Origin: Balanoglossus misakiensis
Lineage: Eukaryota; Animalia; Hemichordata
Reading direction: 5' to 3'
Length of the DNA stretch: 64,000 nt
NCBI GenBank assembly: GCA_040954595.2
Contig: CM082578.2
Location: forward strand, 17,812,728-17,876,727
This document shows, in pieces, positions 1-12,400 of this stretch. Both the position numbers and the translations under genes were made by a program. Below the pieces are notes generated by a model. The model was not told the origin of the DNA, did not search any database, and saw only the letters and a list, made by a program, of their open reading frames with translations. Within the stretch, counting starts at the first letter, position 1. Each line of letters starts with the position of its first letter.

Positions 1-3000
1 GGCGAAATTTCGAGATTTGGAAAAGTCGAAAAATCGTCGATTTTTGATGATTTTCCTGAGCTATAACCCATGATTTTTTCAAAAATCGGCGAAATTTCGA
101 GATTTGGAAAAGTCGAAAAATCGTCGATTTTTGATGATTTTCCTGAGCTATAACCCATGATTTTTTCAAAAATCGGCGAAATTTCGAGATTTGGAAAAGT
201 CGAAAAATCGTCGATTTTTGATGATTTTCCTGAGCTATAACCCATGATTTTTTCAAAAATCGGCGAAATTTCGAGATTTGGAAAAGTCGAAAAATCGTCG
301 ATTTTTGATGATTTTCCTGAGCTATAACCCATGATTTTTTCAAAAATCGGCGAAATTTCGAGATTTGGAAAAGTCGAAAAATCGTCGATTTTTGATGATT
401 TTCCTCAGCTATAACCCATGATTTTTTCAAAAATCGGCGAAATTTCGAGATTTGGTAAAGTCGAAAAATCGTCGATTTTTGATGATTTTCCTCAGCTATA
501 ACCCATGATTTTTTCAAAAATCGGCGAAATTTCGAGATTTGGAAAAGTCGAAAAATCGTCGATTTTTGATGATTTTCCTGAGCTATAACCCATGATTTTT
601 TCAAAAATCGGCGAAATTTCGAGATTTGGAAAAGTCGAAAAATCGTCGATTTTTGATGATTTTCCTGAGCTATAACCCATGATTTTTTCAAAAATCGGCG
701 AAATTTCGAGATTTGGAAAAGTCGAAAAATCGTCGATTTTTGATGATTTTCCTGAGCTATAACCCATGATTTTTTCAAAAATCGGCGAAATTTCGAGATT
801 TGGAAAAGTCGAAAAATCGTCGATTTTTGATGATTTTCCTGAGCTATAACCCATGATTTTTTCAAAAATCGGCGAAATTTCGAGATTTGGAAAAGTCGAA
901 AAATCGTCGATTTTTGATGATTTTCCTGAGCTATAACCCATGATTTTTTCAAAAATCGGCGAAATTTCGAGATTTGGAAAAGTCGAAAAATCGTCGATTT
1001 TTGATGATTTTCCTGAGCTATAACCCATGATTTTTTCAAAAATCGGCGAAATTTCGAGATTTGGAAAAGTCGAAAAATCGTCGATTTTTGATGATTTTCC
1101 TGAGCTATAACCCATGATTTTTTCAAAAATCGGCGAAATTTCGAGATTTGGAAAAGTCGAAAAATCGTCGATTTTTGATGATTTTCCTGAGCTATAACCC
1201 ATGATTTTTTCAAAAATCGGCGAAATTTCGAGATTTGGAAAAGTCGAAAAATCGTCGATTTTTGATGATTTTCCTGAGCTATAACCCATGATTTTTTCAA
1301 AAATCGGCGAAATTTCGAGATTTGGAAAAGTCGAAAAATCGTCGATTTTTGATGATTTTCCTGAGCTATAACCCATGATTTTTTCAAAAATCGGCGAAAT
1401 TTCGAGATTTGGAAAAGTCGAAAAATCGTCGATTTTTGATGATTTTCCTGAGCTATAACCCATGATTTTTTCAAAAATCGGCGAAATTTCGAGATTTGGA
1501 AAAGTCGAAAAATCGTCGATTTTTGATGATTTTCCTGAGCTATAACCCATGATTTTTTCAAAAATCGGCGAAATTTCGAGATTTGGAAAAGTCGAAAAAT
1601 CGTCGATTTTTGATGATTTTCCTGAGCTATAACCCATGATTTTTTCAAAAATCGGCGAAATTTCGAGATTTGGAAAAGTCGAAAAATCGTCGATTTTTGA
1701 TGATTTTCCTGAGCTATAACCCATGATTTTTTCAAAAATCGGCGAAATTTCGAGATTTGGTAAAGTCGAAAAATCGTCGATTTTTGATGATTTTCCTGAG
1801 CTATAACCCATGATTTTTTCAAAAATCGGCGAAATTTCGAGATTTGGAAAAGTCGAAAAATCGTCGATTTTTGATGATTTTCCTGAGCTATAACCCATGA
1901 TTTTTTCAAAAATCGGCGAAATTTCGAGATTTGGAAAAGTCGAAAAATCGTCGATTTTTGTTGATTTTCCTGAGCTATAACCCATGATTTTTTCAAAAAT
2001 CGGCGAAATTTCGAGATTTGGAAAAGTCGAAAAATCGTCGATTTTTGATGATTTTCCTGAGCTATAACCCATGATTTTTTCAAAAATCGGCGAAATTTCG
2101 AGATTTGGAAAAGTCGAAAAATCGTCGATTTTTGATGATTTTCCTGAGCTATAACCCATGATTTTTTCAAAAATCGGCGAAATTTCGAGATTTGGTAAAG
2201 TCGAAAAATCGTCGATTTTTGATGATTTTCCTGAGCTATAACCCATGATTTTTTCAAAAATCGGCGAAATTTCGAGATTTGGAAAAGTCGAAAAATCGTC
2301 GATTTTTGATGATTTTCCTGAGCTATAACCCATGATTTTTTCAAAAATCGGCGAAATTTCGAGATTTGGAAAAGTCGAAAAATCGTCGATTTTTGATGAT
2401 TTTCCTGAGCTATAACCCATGATTTTTTCAAAAATCGGCGAAATTTCGAGATTTGGAAAAGTCGAAAAATCGTCGATTTTTGATGATTTTCCTGAGCTAT
2501 AACCCATGATTTTTTCAAAAATCGGCGAAATTTCGAGATTTGGAAAAGTCGAAAAATCGTCGATTTTTGATGATTTTCCTGAGCTATAACCCATGATTTT
2601 TTCAAAAATCGGCGAAATTTCGAGATTTGGAAAAGTCGAAAAATCGTCGATTTTTGATGATTTTCCTGAGCTATAACCCATGATTTTTTCAAAAATCGGC
2701 GAAATTTCGAGATTTGGAAAAGTCGAAAAATCGTCGATTTTTGATGATTTTCCTGAGCTATAACCCATGATTTTTTCAAAAATCGGCGAAATTTCGAGAT
2801 TTGGTAAAGTCGAAAAATCGTCGATTTTTGATGATTTTCCTGAGCTATAACCCATGATTTTTTCAAAAATCGGCGAAATTTCGAGATTTGGAAAAGTCGA
2901 AAAATCGTCGATTTTTGATGATTTTCCTGAGCTATAACCCATGATTTTTTCAAAAATCGGCGAAATTTCGAGATTTGGAAAAGTCGAAAAATCGTCGATT

Positions 3001-5270
3001 TTTGTTGATTTTCCTGAGCTATAACCCATGATTTTTTCAAAAATCGGCGAAATTTCGAGATTTGGAAAAGTCGAAAAATCGTCGATTTTTGATGATTTTC
3101 CTGAGCTATAACCCATGATTTTTTCAAAAATCGGCGAAATTTCGAGATTTGGAAAAGTCGAAAAATCGTCGATTTTTGATGATTTTCCTGAGCTATAACC
3201 CATGATTTTTTCAAAAATCGGCGAAATTTCGAGATTTGGTAAAGTCGAAAAATCGTCGATTTTTGATGATTTTCCTGAGCTATAACCCATGATTTTTTCA
3301 AAAATCGGCGAAATTTCGAGATTTGGAAAAGTCGAAAAATCGTCGATTTTTGATGATTTTCCTGAGCTATAACCCATGATTTTTTCAAAAATCGGCGAAA
3401 TTTCGAGATTTGGAAAAGTCGAAAAATCGTCGATTTTTGATGATTTTCCTGAGCTATAACCCATGATTTTTTCAAAAATCGGCGAAATTTCGAGATTTGG
3501 AAAAGTCGAAAAATCGTCGATTTTTGATGATTTTCCTGAGCTATAACCCATGATTTTTTCAAAAATCGGCGAAATTTCGAGATTTGGAAAAGTCGAAAAA
3601 TCGTCGATTTTTGATGATTTTCCTGAGCTATAACCCATGATTTTTTCAAAAATCGGCGAAATTTCGAGATTTGGAAAAGTCGAAAAATCGTCGATTTTTG
3701 ATGATTTTCCTGAGCTATAACCCATGATTTTTTCAAAAATCGGCGAAATTTCGAGATTTGGAAAAGTCGAAAAATCGTCGATTTTTGATGATTTTCCTGA
3801 GCTATAACCCATGATTTTTTCAAAAATCGGCGAAATTTCGAGATTTGGAAAAGTCGAAAAATCGTCGATTTTTGATGATTTTCCTGAGCTATAACCCATG
3901 ATTTTTTCAAAAATCGGCGAAATTTCGAGATTTGGAAAAGTCGAAAAATCGTCGATTTTTGATGATTTTCCTGAGCTATAACCCATGATTTTTTCAAAAA
4001 TCGGCGAAATTTCGAGATTTGGAAAAGTCGAAAAATCGTCGATTTTTGATGATTTTCCTGAGCTATAACCCATGATTTTTTCAAAAATCGGCGAAATTTC
4101 GAGATTTGGAAAAGTCGAAAAATCGTCGATTTTTGATGATTTTCCTGAGCTATAACCCATGATTTTTTCAAAAATCGGCGAAATTTCGAGATTTGGAAAA
4201 GTCGAAAAATCGTCGATTTTTGATGATTTTCCTGAGCTATAACCCATGATTTTTTCAAAAATCGGCGAAATTTCGAGATTTGGAAAAGTCGAAAAATCGT
4301 CGATTTTTGATGATTTTCCTGAGCTATAACCCATGATTTTTTCAAAAATCGGCGAAATTTCGAGATTTGGAAAAGTCGAAAAATCGTCGATTTTTGATGA
4401 TTTTCCTGAGCTATAACCCATGATTTTTTCAAAAATCGGCGAAATTTCGAGATTTGGAAAAGTCGAAAAATCGTCGATTTTTGATGATTTTCCTGAGCTA
4501 TAACCCATGATTTTTTCAAAAATCGGCGAAATTTCGAGATTTGGAAAAGTCGAAAAATCGTCGATTTTTGATGATTTTCCTGAGCTATAACCCATGATTT
4601 TTTCAAAAATCGGCGAAATTTCGAGATTTGGAAAAGTCGAAAAATCGTCGATTTTTGATGATTTTCCTGAGCTATAACCCATGATTTTTTCAAAAATCGG
4701 CGAAATTTCGAGATTTGGAAAAGTCGAAAAATCGTCGATTTTTGATGATTTTCCTGAGCTATAACCCATGATTTTTTCAAAAATCGGCGAAATTTCGAGA
4801 TTTGGAAAAGTCGAAAAATCGTCGATTTTTGATGATTTTCCTGAGCTATAACCCATGATTTTTTCAAAAATCGGCGAAATTTCGAGATTTGGAAAAGTCG
4901 AAAAATCGTCGATTTTTGATGATTTTCCTGAGCTATAACCCATGATTTTTTCAAAAATCGGCGAAATTTCGAGATTTGGAAAAGTCGAAAAATCGTCGAT
5001 TTTTGATGATTTTCCTGAGCTATAACCCATGATTTTTTCAAAAATCGGCGAAATTTCGAGATTTGGAAAAGTCGAAAAATCGTCGATTTTTGATGATTTT
5101 CCTGAGCTATAACCCATGATTTTTTCAAAAATCGGCGAAATTTCGAGATTTGGAAAAGTCGAAAAATCGTCGATTTTTGATGATTTTCCTGAGCTATAAA
5201 CAATGATTTGTTATCAAAAATGAAATGTTGAGATTTCGCAAAGTCGAAAAATTGTCATTTTTTGATGACC
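1..5270. repeat. 87-bp tandem satellite array, about 60 monomers, runs off the left edge
   Basis: Monomer ggcgaaatttcgagatttggaaaagtcgaaaaatcgtcgatttttgatgattttcctgagctataacccatgattttttcaaaaatc repeats almost perfectly to ~5198, then one degenerate terminal copy to ~5270. Confidence 0.99.
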
Positions 5271-6511
5271 AAGTTCTCAGTTGCTATGGCCAATTTCGGT
5301 AACAGAATTAGTTTGCCAAAATTGTGACGACTTTTCACCTTCTTTGCATTTGTCAGTCTCTGAGTTTAAATGGGACAACAGAGTTTTCTACAAATTAACG
5401 GGTCGACCTTTGACGTTACCCGTTTAAATTATCTCAACATCAAGGCAGTGTTGGGGTAATAAAATGATACAGACACAAGTATTTCATTTTAATCTAGTTC
5501 ATTGAATTTTTTAATTTCAAAGTTTTGAAACCATAAACAAAAGAGGATACATGTCAACAGTATTATCTGTAGATTTAAAAATGAAAAAGGAGCAAGTACA
5601 TTACTTCTGTGAAACTCAAACCATTTTTGTTGCATCTCCATTGATGGATACAAATCTACCATGCAATGCATACTAATTATACTACTACACAATGTTCTAT
5701 CAAGAACTGTTAAGTGGTCTCAATGCAGACTGCCAGTAACAGTTACAGCTGCATCACGGAAAATGGACACTTCGTCCTCAGCTTGGTTGCCGGTCTTTGA
5801 ATCTGCAAAACAAGCAATGTAGAAATGAATGTCTATAATATACATGGACATGTAATCAAAGCAAGATCATCACTGTATGCTAATATTTCATTCGCAGGTG
5901 GTACATCATGCGAATCTGTATGGCTGCCTGGAATTTCACTCTATTTGGCAACTGGATTAAATTTTACTGCAACAACGATAGAGATGCCAATATAAGCTTA
6001 TAATTGTACTTAGTTAAACTGACAACTCCTGGACATTGTGAACAAACACACCCCACCCACATACCTCTACCATGTATTGTCTGTAATTGCTTCAATTTTC
6101 TTTCCCATAATTCTTACCTCCCCATAACCATGCGGTAATCTCTGGACATCAATCACGCAGGCTGGAAATCGTCTTTGTATCATCTATCGGATCCCTGAAA
6201 TAAATGAAAAGTATGTACATGTAAATGGAATGTCTCCTACAAAGATGGCGGACATGTTTGATCCAAACAAAATGGCCACCCCTGGCATCTAGCAGCCAGG
6301 TTGGTTTTAAAACATTGAATCGACATCCACATACATGTATAGTACCGGGTCATATTGTTACATGCAGGTTTGTGCAAATTCGGTTCGCTTGACTGGGAAA
6401 CGGCATCAGTCTGAATCGAAAAAAAAACATCTTCAAAATGGCCACCATGAAAAGAGGGGCTTTGATGTCTATATAGCTTGTCAAACCTTGCTTGAAACCT
6501 CTGGTCTTCGG

Positions 6512-7020
6512 TCAGCCATTGAACATACTGCCCTTACCGCACCCAGCTATACTGCTGCATGGCGAAAATAACTGGTCACTTAGGTCCCTAGCTTGGTTGA
6601 TGAATACCATTTATATGAGTTGATATCGTCTCTGCATCTGCAAAACAAGGAAATGAAATGAATGTCTGTGATATTCATGATCGATCAGCCATTGAACATA
6701 CTGCCCTTACCGCACCCAGGTATACTGCTGCATGGCGAAAATAACTGGTCACTTAGGTCCCCAGCTTGGTTGATGAATACCATTATGAGTTGATATCGTC
6801 TCTGCATCTGCAAAACATGGAAATGAAGTGAATGTCTGTGATATTCATGATCGATCAGCCATTGAACATACTGCCCTTACCGCACCCAGCTATACTGCTG
6901 CATGGTGAAAATAACTGGTCAATTAGGTCCCAGCTTGGTTGATGAATACCATTAACAGTAGATATCGTCCCTGCATCTGCAAAACAAGCAAATGAAGTGA
7001 GTGTCTAATATTCGTGAACA
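6512..7020. repeat. ~170-bp tandem repeat, 3 copies (starts 6512, 6685, 6855)
   Basis: Each unit starts tcagccattgaacatactgcccttaccgcacccag and holds one minus-strand acceptor and one donor. Confidence 0.95.
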
Positions 7021-7073
7021 CGAAAGAAAACATCTACCGCGATCACCGTACTACAATTTTTATTGAAAAATGA

Positions 7074-7990
7074 GTGAATACGAGCGAAGATGATCGGTAC
7101 GGAAATAAACCACTCAGTTTATCAGTACAACGTGTATGTTTTAAATATTTTTTTATTGAAAAATGACGAAAGATTACAAATCGCAAAACACCTATATTAA
7201 CTACTAGTGAATACGAGCGAAGATGATCGGTACGGAAATAAACCACTCAGTTTATCAGTACAACGTGTATGTTTTTTTTTATATTTTTTTATTGAAAAAT
7301 GACGATAGATTACAAATCGCAAAACACCTATATTAACTACTAGTGAATACGAGCGAAGATGATCGGTACGGAAATAAACCACTCAGTTTATCAGTACAAC
7401 GTGTATGTTTTTAACATTTTTTTATTGAAAAATGACGATAGATTACAAATCGCAAAACACCTATATTAATTACTAGTGAATACGAGCGAAGATGATCGGT
7501 ACGGAAATAAACCACTCAGTTTATCAGTACAACGTGTATGTTTTTAATATTTTTTTATTGAAAAATGACGAAAGATTACACATTTCAAAACGCCTATATT
7601 AACTACTAGTGAATACGAGCGAAGATGATCGGTACGGAAATAAACCACTCAGTTTATCAGTACAACGTGTATGTTTTTAATATTTTTTTATTGAAAAATG
7701 ACGAAAGACTACACATTTCAAAACGCCTATATTAACTACTAGTGAATACGAGCGAAGATGATCGGTACGGAAATAAACCACTCAGTTTATCAGTACAACG
7801 TGTATGTTTTTAATATTTTTTTATTGAAAAATGACGAAAGATTACACATTTCAAAACGCCTATTTTAACTACTAGTGAATACGAGCGAAGATGATCGGTA
7901 CGGAAATAAACCACTCAGTTTATCAGTACAACGTGTATGTTTTTTTAATATTTTTTTTATTGAAAAATGACGAAAGATAACAAATCTTTA
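7074..7990. repeat. ~133-bp tandem repeat, 7 copies
   Basis: gtgaatacgagcgaagatgatcggtacggaaataaaccactcag starts at 7074, 7207, 7343, 7476, 7609, 7742 and 7875. Confidence 0.97.
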
Positions 7991-9400
7991 AAAAAAAACT
8001 TGTATTAATTTTATTAAACCTACGGTCTGAGGGATGGGACCCACCCGCACCGGGGATTTTATTTATGTCTATATAACTTACTTGTGATGAAACTTCATAC
8101 CATCCACTGGTCTTCATTCAGCCATGGAACATACAAACGCTCACCTAATTGTAGGCTAGTTGCATGGCCCAAATATACCGTACAACTTACCTTGACACAC
8201 ACATGCACACACAAACACAACAACGAGCACCTTTCGAAGCATTCAAAGCCAATGAACTTGTTGGTGCCGTAACAAAATGACCCATGCACCGAGCATGTAG
8301 TCCTGTTGGTCTTAAAACTTTAAAATGACATCCATATAGCATCCGCATTGTTGTATTCTTCAGATTTGTGCAAAATCGGTTCGCTGAACTGGCAACCGGC
8401 ACCAGTCAGAATCGTTGAAAGTTCTTAAAAATTGCCAAAAAAACTTGGCTGATACCGCTTACTTTGGCATCATGCTTGTAACATCATAGCATCCACGCGG
8501 AACCATACGTACAGCATCAGGTCGTCTGGGCCTTCGATCTGCAAAAAATAAGGAAAGAAATTGAATGCCTAACCATGAACACAAAACAAAATATAAACCG
8601 TGATCACCGTACGCTAAACTGTCGTTCTTTTGCATACTGTACATCATACTCGAAAATATGTTTTAGGGCTTCGCTGACGGACAAGTAGCCTTAAACCCCA
8701 GCATGGCACAACGCACATTTACACATTTTCAAGTTTAGGCCTACAGCCAAGCCAACTCTGACAAAAAAATATTTTTGGGGTGCAAAGACTGCACGGACAC
8801 ACAAAAATAACTGTTCCCACTGAAGCGTTTCAAAGCTTTTTTGCCATTGTCTGGTACAAAATTTGCATTCGCTAAACTCGAAAACACGTTGAATACACGC
8901 GAACCAGCTGTCAATTCGTCGAACCCGCTACCACTTCACCGTAGCCCCCTCCCCTTTTCCGACAAAATAACCTCGTTTTTTACGTAAAAACCCTGCCGCC
9001 CACCAGTAGAGCTATAACACCGACTTGTCCGACATCCGAGTCAAGTTCAGTAACGCGAAAGGTGGAATTTGTGAATTAAAACGCAGGGAAGCGCTTGACT
9101 CGAGCTGTCCGACTGTAATGCATCCAATTATTCAATTCAGTTGTGAAGTTGTCCGTTACTCGCCATAGAATAACCCATGTTTCTGGTCAAAAATTGAGTA
9201 AATGTGTCTACATTGTACTTCTGTTACTTTACTTACCGCTGTCGTCATGAAAACTATCCAGCGGAGAAACTCTGTTTTGGGACAGAGTTTTCCGCATCCT
9301 CTCCGCAACACGTCCTACATGCAGCAGCGTGGCCGTCACTTATGAAAATGCACGAAAGGCTGGACGGAAATTTCCAAGTGGAGGTGGTCCAGGTGGCTCC

Positions 9401-9455
9401 AACCAATCAGCAGCGAAAACGTTGCTCTGACGCGTCTCAGGTCATGTCATGTGAC
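9401..9455 (-). promoter_or_regulatory. Candidate promoter of the minus-strand transcript
   Basis: CCAAT (aaccaatcag, 9401-9410) and GTCATGTGAC M-box-like site (9446-9455) just upstream of the first donor, in CpG-rich DNA. Confidence 0.3.
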
Positions 9456-12400
9456 CCGCATCAAAAGCGCTGACACAGTTACATAACTGTTGAAATTTCG
9501 GAATTCTTTTTTGTCGTAGTTTGCCAGACATTTTGAACATCAAACGATTCCACACCATGCGCTTTGAAATGTTGGAGTAGGGGAAAATCAACTGAAAATC
9601 ATCGTCACTTAAATACTATTAACAAACAATACGTTCTAAGATTCTAATCAGAATAAAAACATTTTGACTCTTTTTGCCAGATGGATAGACCAGACCATGT
9701 ATTTTAACTATCGAGCACACTTTATTTATATTGCACGACGAACCGCCCCGAAACGTTTCACAACTTGTACAACGTCTACCCTTAATGCGAGAAAGACATT
9801 GTCAGCCGCTGCCATCCTGATTTAAAAAAGGACTGTTGGATGGGCCAAAATTAATTTGACTGTACACATAAAATTAATTCGAGATGTTAGCAAAATTAAG
9901 TCTGGTCTACAGAAAATGAATTCTAACAATTAAATAAATAAAACATAATTTTGACCAGAACGGGTCCCCATAGCTCTGACTACTTAGTTGAATTCTCAAG
10001 GCAGGTCATGAATAGATGGCAGTAGTACAAAAAGTTGAAGTGGCTAGACAGATATTACTGCAGAGGACAACACGATTATAATCAATATGCGTCTGTTTTG
10101 ACGCTCAAATTAATTGACCCAAACTTACCCGCAATTAGCCAATAATGCGATAGCATGAAACTATGGCAACCGATCAAAGCCGAATTCCGGAAAACATGCT
10201 GTTAATGGGAATGTGTCACGGGAGTTTTATTTATGGAAGGCGATGTTGCTTCGGGGTTTGGAGGAAAGGTGAACAACCCCGCGCGTTCATTTGTGGAATT
10301 ATTGTAGGTGTACATTGGATGCCAGGATGCGCGGCCTTTTGTACGAACTGATTGTTCATCACAGACTTTACGGCGCCGACAAATACGGATGAATGTCCGT
10401 ATGATGTAGTTCATCCCATGTGTTGAAATACAGGGAAAGTGTTCCGTATGCAGGAGGGAGAAGGGTGACGAATCATTTATCATTCTTTAACTCCAAAAGG
10501 CATACTTTTAAAGATTGATTGTTTAAAAGTTGTGGTGTGAAATATGATACAGGGATGGGAGAACATGCGATAGGCCTACTGTTGGTTGGATTAATATTTG
10601 TTTTTTTATACGCTGTGCTTGGAAACATTGAATTTTATTTTCGCCAAGACCTTCAATTTATGCGTAAAACCCCGCAGGTCATATTTGTCATTAAAATATG
10701 GCAACTTTTTACCTCTGTATTGAGACAAACAATTTATCATCGCCCTAGCACATTTTAATTATTCATATCCATCGCCGCTGATTTCATGCTGAGAATATCA
10801 TCATCTGTCAACCGCCAGAGGGCGTTCTCTGACTGAATCCCCGCGGAAATCGTTAAACTTTGTTATGTTGAACATTTGCGGCGCGGCTAGTGCCAGCGCC
10901 ATGGTTCATCATTAACGATATTTGTTAGCAAGGAAATTCAGCAGAACACATCGACACTTCAAGCTCCCTTTATGGTAAATAGGTATTAGTTTAAATTCTA
11001 TCCGTCTTGGGGTTATGTAGCCATCATTATGTCAGTGCTGGCGCCGAGAAGAAACATAACATTATGTTGAAGTGTTTTACTCCTAAATACGTAGGCCCAT
11101 GCGAAATACGAGAATCACAAGCAGGTAGATCTAACTGCGTGTGTGTTTTCAAGGAGTATGCTCACAACGTCAAGAAGCCGCTAAAATGACATGAAAAGTA
11201 GAAAACCTTACTGAATAAAATAACAAAATGATGAGTTTAGCATAATATGAATATGCAAATAGCGTACAGACTTCTTGTTGCCGCACAGAAGAATGCTCAC
11301 AATCTATTTACCCTATGGTACGATGTGAGATGCCGTATAAACCCAGAAATCGTCTTGGGGATGTAGAACGATAAATGGTTTACCTTATCTGTTCATTTCT
11401 TTACAGTAGGCCTACAACTTATCTCACGCATCATCAATATGACGTTCGCTTTTGAGATATCGGCAAATTTCACTGTACGACCCCCCCCCCCCGCCTCTCC
11501 ACTTGCGCTGTGCTTGCACCGCGTGCACCGTCGCCTTCATTTCACGGAGCCCCTCCCCCCGGGGGGTCCATACAGAGTCCGAAGCACAACCAGAGAAGAA
11601 CTGTCGGTGGCCGAAGGTTCTCTAAACAACCTACGTCATTGTTACCGGCTTCCGCTACGTGCGCTGTTTTTTAGTCATCTGTCGAATCTCTTACGAAACA
11701 GAATTTTGATGGTTTCATAGAAAATCGAGCATATGGATTTAAAATCCTGTTGACCATTCCGGTAATTGTATTTATACGTTTACATTAGAATCCACAGCAT
11801 CAGAGATCTTGTAGATACTCTCGCAAAGCACTGTCAAGTGACTGAGAAATACGAATTTTTCCTGAAATATATGTCCTGGTATTAATTTTTTTTTAAATCT
11901 AAGGTATTTGTTTTCAACTTTCTGATATTCATCGCCATATTGTTTATGAAAAGTTAATTTAGGTTTAGAGATAACACACGACGAACCAAGGCTGTGAATG
12001 CCTCATTGCACTGAAAGAGCATCACACCACGCATGACCAACTCGATTTGGTCGGAAAGGGAGTCGGATTACGTCGGTGTGTCGTCGGTGAAATGTGGGCG
12101 TTCGTTTTCACTGTAATGTTTTCTCCCAAGCAATATCAATTGATTCGAGACCGTAGCGTACAGAACACGAAGAGAGGGACCACATAATACAACACACTAC
12201 AGAACAAGATTACAAATACACTGAAAGACGGAGATATAGAAACTGTATCCATCATTGATTTATTCGCCGCTCTATAACACTAACTACACTGTGAGTCTAT
12301 CGCAACCGATTGTTACACGCCAGTAAACCACCTTTCCAGTTCATAAAAAACAGGATGTACAAGTAATGATTAATGAAACTGGAATTGAGAGTGAAGCCCG

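Larger units (their letters stand above)
5470..9400 (-). ncRNA. Putative spliced lncRNA. Exons: ~9400-9237, 8538-8463, 6976-6881, 6807-6711, 6637-6538, 6194-6118, 5802-~5470
   Basis: Consistent minus-strand chain of GTAAG donors and pyrimidine-rich (T)nGCAG/TTCAG acceptors; ATTAAA at 5493-5488 followed by a GT-rich tract; exon 6194-6118 has stops in all three frames. Transcription is not shown. Confidence 0.5.

Noticed and set aside
492-5117. 1541-aa ORF of 29-aa repeats
   Set aside because: By-product of an 87-bp (29-codon) monomer with one stop-free frame; no unique N- or C-terminus, and the stop is just a monomer variant.
5778-5872. C/D snoRNA candidate on the minus strand (GTGATGA...CTGA)
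   Set aside because: Spans the predicted acceptor at 5803 and has no clear terminal stem.
1-7990. CRISPR-like arrays
   Set aside because: No unique spacers, no cas genes, eukaryotic context.
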